In this document: positions 11,300-23,291 of the stretch, one piece after another
Numbering within the stretch: the first letter of the stretch is position 1
Layout: each line of letters begins with the position of its first letter
Source: Hemiscyllium ocellatum
Taxonomy: Eukaryota
DNA: 64,000 nt
Assembly (NCBI RefSeq): GCF_020745735.1
Contig: NC_083416.1
Span: forward strand, 44,479,131-44,543,130
Direction of reading: 5' to 3'
Notes under the pieces: model-generated
What the model was told of the DNA's origin: nothing
Seen by the model: only the letters and a program-made list of their open reading frames with translations
The model's database searches: none
Translations under genes and position numbers: made by a program

Positions 11300-13450
11300 T
11301 TTAAATTCCTCACCTCAAGCACAGAAAGCGAGTCGTTCTCCACTCATTGACGGCGTGGACTGCCTCCATGAGGAGGGGGGAGCCCTCCGAACGGAACATG
11401 GGAGACTGTAAATGTGCGCTTAGGGAGAGAAGGCGATTGAGGGTCGGAGGATTTGGGCCTATTTACCAGTGTTTCCTTTCATTGTCCGTTGTGGTCCGCA
11501 GCCTCTCGGTGTTGTGAAAGGTGGTTGCGATGCCACGCACAGGCGGATCTTAATTGGTTATGTACTGTACAGATACTTTTCCAGGTAGAACATTGGACAT
11601 GGGCAACGGTATTTGATGAAAGAGGGAAGGGGAGACAGCATTCGGTGTATAGTAGCAGTGAAATTGTGAGAGGAAACGGGTTATAGAAAGAGGTTCGGAA
11701 AGTGGTGAGTGAATGTCAGGGTACTTCACTGGGATTGAATGGGGAACACGTCAATGCATTTTATTGGAACTCCCAGGCAGCAGTAAGAAGAAGGATGCGT
11801 AAACTGAAGACTGCCACACAATGGGATGTTTCATCGAAAGTGAGGTCGTGTCTAGAACGTAATTTAAAACGAGTGTCTGAATATAAAGCGATCTGAGAGA
11901 AATCGGTTTAGAGAGCAGCAGTACATGTTTCGGGCCAAAAAGCTGAGGAGAGGAAATTATTTTAGGGATGTGGTGAATATAGAGTGATGCGCCCTGTTAG
12001 CAGAGTCCTTCTCAATGTTGATGTTTGGCTCAGTTCAGTTTGAGAGACTGCTAACATGTGAAGTCCAAGTACAGAGATGTAAGTATTTTACTGGTCACTG
12101 GCAATTCGAGCGGAATCATATTTTCCTACCTCTGGTTCTCCCCACCACCCCACAGCCACACCCACATGAATCACTTCTACATATTTAGGTTTCTCCAAGT
12201 TGTGGCCCGGCTCGAACACTCGGAGCTCGCTTGTTGGAACTTGGCTCGTAAAAGTTGCTGACGTGAAACCACACTGGATGGGAGGGGAGGGGGGTGACCC
12301 AGCGTTGTTATTCTGAAGATGAGAATGCTGGAGGTTGGGTCCTGAACAACGTTGGCTCCTCTCCTGATGCTGCCTGGCTTGCTGCGTCCTTCCAGCTTCC
12401 TGCCTGTCTACTTCGGATGTGCAGCTGTCATGTGACCCAGTCAGGGGCGTCACGTATCAATGTTCCCGGCCAATTCTAACCGCGCAAGAAAACACTTTCA
12501 CGATGCTATTTAAATCGCCCCATGTCCTCTTTTGCATTGTTCCATGGGATTTATTTAAGGTAACATGCAGCATTTAAGTCGTAACTTGTGATCTTTTTGC
12601 CATCTTCCATATTGGTTGGTGATGACCACGTCAATCACAAATCTAGCTCACAGTGTTTGTGTTTATTGCTATGATACGTGAGCATTGATTGGATCTCTGA
12701 TCTGCCATTGCTGGATTAAACAACCATGGGACTGTTCCGAAAATAGATTTCTTTAGCGACCTCAGCATCCCGCCCCCTCACCCCCTTGAAAATCAGTCCA
12801 GGTTAGGATTTAATCTGAAATCCTCTCCTGTAGCTAGATGTTCTCATTGCATTCTGAGAACAAGCGTTACAAAAGTGTGGACTAATGCTATTTACGAATA
12901 TGCGCAATACAGTGTAGGTATCTTGAAATGCTGACAGACCAATATTAAGGCGGTTCTGGAAACCTTTCAATATATTGCTGCTTTAAACATCAGTCATTTT
13001 CCCTTTCCCTGTTAACTAATGGCAGTGGAATCTGGATGGTTGGAGATTCGAGAACATAAAATCACGTCAATCGTGATGGCTCAAAACGTGGTCGATCCTG
13101 CAATATTCCCGATTGGTTGAGACAAGTTCTTTTTTTAAGTTGAGTTGCTGTTGATAGGACTGACGGTGGTAGCGGCCCTCCTTTTGAGGTGCAGTCTCCG
13201 ACTCGCTGAATGCACGGTTTTTTTTCCTTGGTGCCGTTTTATTTTCTTTCCATTTTGAAACTCTGTTTCTTGCTAGACTCCATCTTGTGGATTGTTGTTG
13301 AACACTTGGTGTAGCAACAGTAAGTGTACACATCATGAGTACAGTCTCGTCAAGTCAACAGCTCACCGCCCAGGGAGCCCAGTGCCAACTACTTGAAGAA
13401 CAACGCGAAGCTTTGGCTGCCAGAGGCTAACAACAGAAATTTCAGATTAA
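11300..13450. promoter_or_regulatory. CpG-enriched promoter-like region with CRE/UPRE-type, CCAAT and E-box motifs
   Basis: CpG visibly retained compared with the rest of the window. TGACGTGA 12259-12266, GTCATGTGAC 12427-12436, GCGTCACGT 12447-12455, CCACGTCA 12626-12633, TCACGTCA 13062-13069, ATTGG at 12611 and 13112. Confidence 0.6.
13140..13319 (+). other. Candidate non-coding first exon
   Basis: Lies just downstream of the CRE and CCAAT motifs and ends at a strong donor ACA|GTAAGT (intron starts 13320). The start coordinate is a guess. Confidence 0.4.
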
Positions 13451-14599
13451 CGGAGAACCAGGAAGGACATCCACGCAGTTTTAAAATGTTAGACATCCAC
13501 CTGGTTGAAAATCCCAGCATCATTTCCTTCATCGATGTTCCTTTTATATTCTAATTTAGTTTAACCCAGTTGATCGATCATGGGCTGCTGTTAAATAGAC
13601 TTTTTTTGTAACTTTCCGATCCAGCAAAATCTGTTGTTTTGTTCTTTTGTCCCATTAATTAGAATTTTGCAATAATTTGTGACCCAATCGTTAAATTTTT
13701 ACAATACTGTTATATCTATTACAACAATAACACCGTGCCAGCCCATTAGCTGAATTGCCTTTCTATTTAATCACAATCCTTTATTTAGATCAGTACTGTC
13801 TGAAAGCGTGGGATAATTAGTTATGCATTAGATTGCATGTTGAGGTAACGCGACAGTGAAGAGTGAAATAACATGAAAACCGAAAACAGGAATTAAAGGA
13901 GAGAAAGGGACGAAGGGCATGAACTAAGAGGGGTCTGATCAGACTTCCATCTCTAAGCTTTAAAAACATTTTTGAGTAGACCCATTCTGACGAATGAAGT
14001 ACATTCGGGTGACGGCTACAAACTTTGTTTCAGGGTTTCCAGACCCAACATCCTCGTCCCAAAAGAACTGTGCACTTGCTTAAATTTCACATGCAGTTTA
14101 AAGAGAAAAATGCAGCGTTCAAAATGTCAAACAAGAAACAAACGTTTGCATTTAACTTTTACGAGGTTTCTATATTGACCCGAATTTTAAGGTTTTAATG
14201 ACAGCGAAACTGTCAGCGTTTGCCAGCCTTTGAAACTGACAGCAAGACCGTGTATCTTGTTAAACACAGACTGGTGTCAGTGATTCAATGCTTCACCCTG
14301 AGGTGTGCCGCCCCCATTGCAATCAAGTAGAAATCGATGAATTGACAAGAACAGGCCTGTAAAACCCGTCAGTAATGCGGTATTTTTTGAAGGAGGTATA
14401 ACTCAATTTTTGGTGTTATACTGAGTTCATATTTACTGCTAAACAGCATAATTACACCTGAAGACTTTTTTAAAATCTTTGAGTATTGCTGAAGAAATAC
14501 ACATACATTGTACCTTGTACTCCTCCAGATAAGACTAAGGCTGCCAAATTACAAAGGGGGTTAATACCGGGTGAGAAAAGGTGCTGATTGTTTGACAAA

Positions 14600-16670
14600 C
14601 TGGACAATGTGCTGCGATGGATAATGTTGCGGGTTGGTGGGGGGATGTGCAGTGAAGGTTCAGACGGGTGTTTTGCGCAGAAGAACCAAGTCAGTCTCGA
14701 AGACTGCAAATATACTCAAGGCACGGGGAAATATGGTAAGATTGGATAGCTTTATTTGAATGCAAGGACGCTTGCGAGTAAGGCAGAATATTCGAGAGGC
14801 GATCAGCACATGGGGATCTGATTTCATTGCTATCACATGGTTGAGGGTAGTACAGGAATGGTAGCTCAGAGATATAGAACCTTCAGATGAGATGGTGGAG
14901 GCTGCAGATATGGTAAAGGAAGAGGTGGTATGATATTGATCATGGAGTCAATTACTGTAGTAAGGATGGATGGTATCTTTGAAGATTCTTCAAATGAGGC
15001 CATATGGATAGAATTTTTTTTAAAAGTGTCTCCTGTAAACTGCCAGGGAGAGAGATATGTAGGCAGATCAAAAAAATTAAAATAAATAGGATAATAAGAG
15101 TAGGATTGTGAAATATTTAAACAAAATTATTGAAAGGGAAGAGATATTAGTGATTTTAGCAGGCTTGAAAGTGGATAAATCGTCAGGCCCAGGCTGCTGT
15201 GATAAGCAAGGAGCCAGTATGCAATGGCTCTGACGTTTTCAAACATCTCTGGCTGTAAAAGGGATGGCAGAGGACTGGAAGATAACTAATGTGGTACCAT
15301 TAATTAAGAAGGGTGGTAGGGTCAAACCACAAGACTGTAGGCTAATGAATCTAACACCTGTGTTGGGGAAACTATAGGGAAAAGAAATTGAAGGATATAA
15401 TTAATCTATATTTGGAAAGACAAGAATTCATCAAGGAAAGTCAGCATGGCTTTTAATACCTAATATTTGAATTTTTCAAGTGGTTGACTAGCTGTGTACG
15501 TGTGGATAGTGCAGTTGATGTAGTCTGTGTAGTCTATGTGGATTTTAGTAAGGCGTTTGTCAAAGTCTCTTGTGGCAGACTGATTAAGAAGCTAAGAGCC
15601 CATAGGATTCAAGACAATTTGGCAAATTGGTTCCAAATTTGGTTTAATGGCAGGAAGTACAGAGTGAAGGTTGAAGTTTTGTGATGGAGGCCTTTGTCCA
15701 GTGGGATTCTTTGGGAGTCAGTGGAGCCCTTGCTGTTAATAGTATCTATAAATGATTGAGGTTTGAATACAGTAGGGTTGATTTGTAAGTTTGTAGATGA
15801 TACGAAAATTGATGGGGTGATAGTGAGGAGGATAGCTTCAGATTACAGAATGATGCAGATGGGTTGATCAATGATCTATGCATATAGCTAAGCTGAACAG
15901 TGATGAATGGAATTTAAAATCCTGAAAAGTTGCATTTTGGAACAGCTAATGGGGCAAAGTGTGTTCAAGTTGAATGACAGGATTCTAGGAAGTACAGAGG
16001 ATAAGAGGGACTTTTATTCATGTCTGTAGATCTTTGAGAGTAGGAGAGGTAGATAAGTTGGTTCAGAAGGCATATGGGACATTTGCCTTTTATTAGTCAA
16101 GGTATTTAATACAAGAGTAGAAGGTAATGATGGAGCTATATATAATGTTTATTCGGCCACAGCTGGTGTAATATGTACAGTTCTGGTCATCACCTGTAGG
16201 AAGGAGGTGATTGCACTAAAGAAGGTGCAGAGGAGATTCACCATGATGCTGTCAGGGTTGGAATGCTTTACCTATGAAAAGAGACTAGATAGGCTGGAGT
16301 TGTCTTCCTTAGAGCAGAGAAAACTAGGGGGTCTGATTAAAGTATAAAAGATTAAGACATACATAGAAAAATGTTTCCCTTTAGTTGAGGTGTTAATAAT
16401 TGAGGTAGCAATTTTAAGGTAAGAATTAGGAGATTTGAAGGGGATTTGAGAATTCATTTTCACCCAGAGGGTATCTGGGACTCACTACCTAAAAGGGAGG
16501 TATAGGTGGGAACCATTGAGACATTTAAAAAATGATTCGGTGGGCATTTGAAATGCCATAGCTTATAAGGTTAAGGGCTAAATGCTGCAAAATGGGATTG
16601 AAACAGATAGATGCTTTATGACTGATAGAGGCACGATGAGCCAATGGGCCTCTCTGTGCTGTAAAACTCT
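14600..16670 (+). mobile_element. Old long CR1 LINE (EN-RT remnant)
   Basis: ORF 15484-15684 reads VYVDFSKAFVKVSCGRLIKKLRAHRIQ; decayed KFVDD motif near 15790; CR1 3' UTR at 16560-16670. Confidence 0.85.
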
Positions 16671-16829
16671 AATGCACCAGGTAAGTATTGTCCTGCACAT
16701 CTGTGTTTATTTTAAAAAGGCGCATTGCATGGTCATGTTTCTTTTAGCTGTAGAGGGTAGGTTGACATACGTAGCACGTGTGCAGAAAATATTTAATGTT
16801 AGACATTATCTTCTGAGTTTGCAGGGATG

Positions 16830-17150
16830 ACTGGTAGAGTATGGTCAGTATTCTGCCTACTGTGAACAGCCAAAAGGATGCCATTTGATATGATCTGCCA
16901 GTTGAGGGCATGCAGACTATGTATATCACATTGATGCTGAGATTCAAATATGTTTTTTTTAATGTATGGAAGACAATAGTTCTCTGATACATTCTCCCTG
17001 GCAGTGCCTCAAGAAATGAGAGTTAGTTTACCAATCAATTTCAATGCACTGTCAATTATTGTACCTTTCAGATATGGTATTCTTACAATTCTATTCCGAT
17101 TAGTGCAAAATGAAAATCTTCAACAGGCATGACTTTTTTCAACAATTAAT
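16830..17150 (+). mobile_element. Penelope-like element 3' end, second family, with decayed hammerhead
   Basis: TTCCGATTAGTGCAAAATGAAAATCTTCAACAG at about 17094-17126; homologous to 50190-50500 (minus). Confidence 0.55.
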
Positions 17151-17599
17151 TTAGTATTGTTCTTAAATATGCATTTTAACTGTTTAAAAGTGTACATTTC
17201 AGCTTCTACTCTAACCACATGTTTAAATACCAATAATTTATTTTAATCTTTGTGAAATATTATTTAATAGTAAAAGCTTTGTTACAGTTTACTTACTGCA
17301 GCTGTTGGTGAGAATATTTCAGTGTGATTGGCTTCTTGCTTTTGATTATATCACTGTTATTGAATGCTTTGAAAGCCCTTAGACCTGGTTTCAGATTGAA
17401 ATTGACATTGGAAAAGGAGAAATCCGTAGCACAGAGTTATTAGATCTTTATTGGTGGTGTTCTTCATTATCAGCCATCACTTTATTCACCATGAAATCCA
17501 TATTATTATCTCTATTGTTTGTACACTGAATTAGGTTCACGGGGGAGTTTTTTTTGTAGCTGTCTGTTTGAACCTGCAGATATCAAATTTGTTTGAGCC

Positions 17600-18570
17600 A
17601 GACATAAAATCAGAAACAAATGCAGGGTCAGGACATTTGGTCTTTTGAAACTCATCCAGTATTTGATAAAATCAGAGCTAATCTAATTATGGCCTTGTCT
17701 TAAGTTTGCTCCCTGCCCTCTTTGGCTCCCTTGTGGATCAAGAATCCGTCTCACTCAGCTTTGAATATATTTAATGGCTCGGCCTCCATTAGGATAGAGA
17801 ATTTCAAAGATTATTTCTAAGGAAAGAAATTTTTCCTTGTCTCCATTTTAAATGGGGAAATTATTATTTTGAAACTGTGTCCTTCACTTCTAAATAACTC
17901 TGTGGGCAAACATCTTCCCAGTGTCATCTTTTTACTCACACATGGGACATGAACATTGCTGGCTGGCCAGCATTTATTATTGGTCCGCAGTTGACCTCGA
18001 GACGGTGATGGTGAGCTGCCTTCTTGAACTGCTGCATTCTTTGTGCTGTAGGTTGATCAGCAATGACATTAGGGAGGGAAATCCAAGATTTGAGCCACTC
18101 CTACTGAAGGAACAGCAATATATTTCCAAGTCAGGATAGTGAGTGACTTGGAGGGGAATGTGCAGGTGATGTTTGAATGAATCTGCTGCCCTTGGCCTTT
18201 TAAGATGAAAATGGTTGTGGATTTGGAATGTACTGTCTAAGGACCTTTGATGCATTTGTGGTGCAATTTGTAGATAGTACTCCCTGAAATTATTGAATGT
18301 CAATGGTGGAGGAAATGGATGTCAAGGAGGCTGCTTTGTCCTGTATGGTGTCAGGCTTCTTGAGTTTTGTTGGAGTTGCACCCTCCAAGGAGTTTGGGAG
18401 TATTTCATCATACTCCTGACTTGTGACTTATAGATGGGATTGACTTTGGGGAATCAGGAGGTGAGTCACTCGCTGGAGTGTTCCGAGCTTCTGACCAACC
18501 CTGTCAAGCCCCTTCAGATATCTTATTTTTTAATAAGCTCACCCCACATTCTTCTAAACTGTGGATGAGA
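17600..18570 (-). mobile_element. Old CR1 3' end interrupted by a LINE-B insertion (17925-18495, minus)
   Basis: CR1 sequence AACATCTTCCCAG... resumes as ACCCTGTCAAGCCCC after the insert; the insert starts with the reversed LINE-B tail. Confidence 0.7.
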
Positions 18571-18599
18571 CAAATGCTCTGGTAGTCCAAGTTGCACCA

Positions 18600-19900
18600 T
18601 TTCATGAGTCACACCATTATTCCAAATGTTTTGATTAAGGCACCAAAATAGTGGATTGTTTCTCGTTCAGGGCTGCTATCCAGAATAAAATAAACTTTCA
18701 TCAGGATTCTTTCATGAACTCAAAAGTAATCTGTTTATTATAAAACCAAATTAATTTCTCAAAAGAAACCACAAAATTGGTTAGCATCTGAACTATAATC
18801 TAAAATGAGAACTATATATCCTTTTAATCCCAACACAAACATACTCACACAGCACAACAGATAGCAAACATTATGCAGAGATATTTTTAAAAAGGCCAAA
18901 AGAAAATTACTCTTATTGGCTAACGGTCTGGGAAACAAAAGGTATATTTTTATGAATTCTCTCAGTTCACTGGGCTGCTTGTAGACAAAATTAAATTTGC
19001 ACATTGATGAAATATCTTCCAAACAAGGTGCCAATTTCTGACAGCATTGATATAGGATGTGTCAAGTTTACCATATTTACTGTTTGCAAGCTGTAATTTT
19101 GTCCGTCTTGGAATTTATTGACATGTTTGCAAATCATAGATTGAACTTTGGAAGCTTCTTTGTCATTGTTCTGTGGTATTTCTTCACCTGCTGTGGAGCA
19201 TTGTGTTATACTTTGGAGTTCTTTGGGCAATTCGACTTCTAATATGTTTAGCCCAATGTCCTCTTGTAGAACATAACTTACATATGTGATGAAATGCTAG
19301 ACATTATCTTGGTGGGTGAGATAAGCCACATCTCGTGCAAGATTTGGATGTTCTATTGAACCTGTTGATGTGGATGCAATGGTTGCTGCAGAGTGGAACA
19401 CTTGAAATGTTGCTACTCAGCTACAACTGCTCAAAATTTGCATTCTTCTTCCATGGGTCAATGTATAGTCTTTGGATTTATCCAGAAATGCTTGTCTGAA
19501 AGATGTGTAGGTGTGCCTCTAATGACTTCCTCAATAAGCCTTTCAGCTAAATTAGCTTTCGTGAAATCACATTCCATGCCTTTGTGTGGACAAATGCCTA
19601 TGAATTAGTCAGTTCTTTCACCTGGCTGTTGGTCAGTTTGACTTGAACTCAAGCTTGTGTATCTGGAAATGAATGCAAACATTAAGTTGATCTTCGAAAT
19701 CTGGAAAATTTTATTAGGATCATTCCAATCAACATCAGAAGCACCATTGGATTTTGTTGTTCTTAACTCTTTAGTGCCCAAAGCATGAAGCACTTTGCCT
19801 ATCATTGTTTGTCAGCAATCTGTTGCTCCATAAAGTAAATATTGATTCTTTCTTTGAATAACTGAAATTTTGACAGAAAGTTAATGGTATGCCAATCCAT
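18600..19900 (-). mobile_element. Decayed LTR-retrotransposon remnant (gag-like region plus possible LTR piece)
   Basis: Minus strand reads QQPGERTD*FIGICPHKGMECDF, resembling the retrotransposon gag QxxxE(S/T)xxxF motif. Confidence 0.45.
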
Positions 19901-20351
19901 TGTTATTTGTTTGGTTTCCATTTTATTGTTCACTCTAAAGTGTCAGGGTGAGAATATATTTTGCAGAATTGTGCTTTTCTGTATTTTTGGTGCCTCCTCT
20001 ACTTTTTTATTTAAGATGCCAAGTTTCGTGCAGTTCTAGTTTATTTTTTTTAATTGATTTTGCTACTCTCTCTTATTTTTTACAAATTTATTTCTCTTCC
20101 CTTTTAATTTTCTTGTCACTGCTCTTTAAACAAAGCCTGGAGGCTTTGTAAAGCATTGGTGCGAAAGTGGAGATCCCGGTGACATCACACACTTTTTTTT
20201 TAAAGATTCTCACACTTTCTTAAAACAATTTGGAATTGGCCACCTGTGCAGTGGAGGACATGATCAACAATAAAAGGGCTTTATTTTAATCTTGAACTTT
20301 AGCTGTGCCTCAAGTTCACTGATGAAGAGGAGTTATCCTGTGCTATCTTAG

Positions 20352-20458
20352 GAGCTCTAGTTGCCCAGAGAGGCGTCCAATTGGAAGTTTCTTCACAAGA
20401 GGAAGCATTGCAGGGCTAAGCCACGAGAGAGAATGAAGAAGCATGATCTTCAACACAG
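20352..20458 (+). other. Candidate exon (5' UTR or first coding exon)
   Basis: Acceptor TCTTAG|G and strong donor CAG|GTAAGG in a TE-free stretch. Two ATGs near the end (MKKHDLQH or MIFNT). Product not recognised. Confidence 0.4.
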
Positions 20459-20869
20459 GTAAGGTGTGCTTTAAATTGTAGGTGCAGAAAATAAGGTTTA
20501 TTTACTTCATTTTTGGTTGTATTTATTAATCATAGCTCTGAACAAGGACATATTGATGGATGGCTGTAAAGAAAATTAATTTTCACATCCTTCATGCTGT
20601 TGTCAGCTTTTCAGTCTTTAGTATTCACACATTGCCACTAACTAGCTTTTAGATTCTATTTACAATCACTGTGATGCCATTTGTGATTTTATATATGTTA
20701 ACCAGTGTAACATATGTCGCAGATGCTGTGGGTTAGCTCAGTTTGGGCTCTGCCAAAGTTACTTAGCTCCTGACCTGTTACAGCCTTGGTACAAACATGG
20801 ACCACAGAGCTGTATTCATTAATATAGAGCTGCTCATTAATATCAAGGTGGCAATTAAAGACTCCTAGC

Positions 20870-22065
20870 AAAACTGGGCTCAATGGAATTGCAGTGAAGG
20901 GTGAGGTGAGCTCTCCCTTGGACCGAGCCATATTTGGTGCAAATGATTATAGTTGTTGAAGATTAATCATGTGATTCACAGGATATCACTGCAGGAGTTC
21001 CTCAGGTTAGTGTCCTTGGCCCCATCATCTTTAACTGTTTCATCAACAACCTCCTATTAGTCATAAGATGAGACGTGTGGCATTGTCTGATAATTGCACA
21101 ATGTACCATCCCATTTGCAACTCCTCAGATACTGAAGCTGTCTATGTCCAACTACGCTAACACTGAGACAGCATTCAGACTTGGGCTCATAAATGGTGAG
21201 TAACTTTTGTGTCACACAGTTGCCAGTTATGGCCATTTCCAACAAGAGAGCATCTAACTATCTCCCCCGACATTCAATGACATTCTCATCACTGAATCCT
21301 CGGATCTACCATTGACCAGAAACTGAACTGACCTGCCACATAATTGCTGTGACTGAAGGGTAGTTCACAGGTTGGGAATGCGTGTAACTCACGTCCTGAC
21401 TCCCCCAAACCTGTCCATCACATTAGATTCCCAAATCAGGAATATAAATACTCTCCACTTGCCTGGATGAGTGTATCCTCCAGCAACACTCCAGAGGCTC
21501 AACACCATTGAGGACAAAAAGAGGAATTGCTGGAAAAACTCAACAGGTCTGGTAGCATCTGAGCAGAGAAAGCAATGTTAACATTTCGAGTGACCCAGTG
21601 ATGTTACCAGACTTGCTGCATTTTTCCAGCAATTTCTGATTTTGTTTCTGATTTCCAGCATTCACAGTTTCTTGTGTTTTTTTGCTAGATTGACACCAGT
21701 CCTTTCCACCTCCTTTCACCAACAATACGCAGTGTGCACTATCTACAAGATTCCCTGCAGTATCTTACCAAGGGTCCTTCAAGAGTATATCACCTCTACA
21801 ATTTAGAAAGACAGGGACAGCAGATGCAGGGGAATACCACCACTTTCAGTTTCCCTTCCACACGCCATACTAACTTGGAACTATATGACTGTTTCTTCAC
21901 TGTTATCAGGTCAAAATGATGGAATGCTTTTCCTTAAAAGCACTGTGAGTGAACCGACATCACGTGTTTCATGGTTCAAGAAAGTGGCTCACTACTACCA
22001 CCTTGAGGACAATTTGTGATGTGTAATGAACACTGGCTTAGCTAATACCATTCACCTTCTATGAA
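20870..22065 (+). mobile_element. LINE-B (CR1 clade) RT and 3' end, interrupted at about 21520-21680
   Basis: GGAGTTCCTCAGGTTAGTGTCCTTGGCCCC encodes GVPQVSVLGP, near 20994; tail at 22020-22065. Confidence 0.8.
21520..21680. mobile_element. Inverted pair of old Penelope pLTR halves (hairpin element)
   Basis: AATTGCTGGAAAAACTCAACAGGTCTGGTAGCATC is the inverse of GATGTTACCAGACTTGCTGCATTTTTCCAGCAATT. Confidence 0.75.
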
Positions 22066-22564
22066 TTTTTTTTAAAAAATGGCCTGATTTCTTTTTCATT
22101 TTGGCAGATTAAGCTTTTCTATTATGAACTCACCTTGAACAACATAAAGTTATGTATGATGGGTTTGTGTACATTGAGGAGGTGCAGGGAGGACTTCTGT
22201 GTTGGCATTTCTTTTTGTGGGTCCCAAAGAAGCATTCCTGCCTTTCCAGGTCACACAAAAATGAGAATACATTTTCTAGTCTAAGCCCCTGGGAGTGACC
22301 TGTGCCTACACAGAGTGTGCACTGATTATTTCCAACCCAGAATGGGAAGTGAGATGTTTGAATGCTGATATGCATATTGAAATGTGTCTATAGGCTGGAA
22401 TTGGCTGAAGGTTTTGCAGGCTGTATTATTACTTTGAATAGCCAAAGCCACATCAGCTTGGTCAATGGGGTCATAAATATTGTCATAACATCCAGTTAAA
22501 GAAATAAGTTGAAATCAGTGTCTTCCAGTGTATTTCTACAGAAAATCAAAATATTTTGAAATTA

Positions 22565-22722
22565 AAATTGAAAATGCTGGAATTACTCAGCTGGTCAGGT
22601 CATATTTGTGGAGGAAGAAACAAGATTGAGATTTCAGATGGCCATTTATCAGAACTGCTGAACATTAACTCTGTTTCTCTCTCTGCAGATGTTGCCTGAA
22701 ATGCTGAGTATTTACTGTATTA
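22565..22722. mobile_element. Inverted pair of old Penelope pLTR halves
   Basis: ATGCTGGAATTACTCAGCTGGTCAGG ... CCTGAAATGCTGAGTATTTACTGTAT. Confidence 0.6.
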
Positions 22723-23291
22723 TTAAGGATCACACTGACTGAAGCAGATCCATGCTCAACCAACAACTGCTCTGGTAGGTATTATCTTTATTTGTGCTAC
22801 ATATACTTTTTACTCAATATTGGCTGTGTGAAAGATTCAGCTTTGGATTGAAGTCAATGACTACTAATATGTGCTTTCTCATCATCTAGTGAGACCTTCA
22901 AGGAATCTAACTGTAGCTTTGGCAGACAAATGTATTTGTTATGGAGATTGAGCCAAATTGCTGATGTAAGAACAGACAAAGACTTAAATGTTCAAGAATG
23001 ATTTTGGTTATTTCCTATATCTTGGAAGCATCATCAGAATAGGTGAGGTTAGTCTGAAAGAAGTATTCAGAATATCTAAAATTATTAATAAATACAATAC
23101 GTCCCTAAGTAACCTCTGAGACTAAAATGCTCATGTTGGATTAAATTTGAGGATATTAGTATATATTTAGCATATATCTTCACTAGAATGTCTAAAACAA
23201 TATTTTATTTTTCCATTTCCTCCTTTGAATTTTCACTAGTTTTCGGAAATTTTAAACTAAATCTTTCTTATTCTTTATCAGTGTCTTAAAA

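Noticed and set aside
11400-12050. Possible old L2 fragment on the minus strand
   Set aside because: Similarity too weak to call by eye.
12088-12453. 121-aa minus-strand ORF in the CpG-rich region
   Set aside because: Low-complexity translation with no recognisable domain; ORFs of this length are expected in GC-richer promoter DNA.
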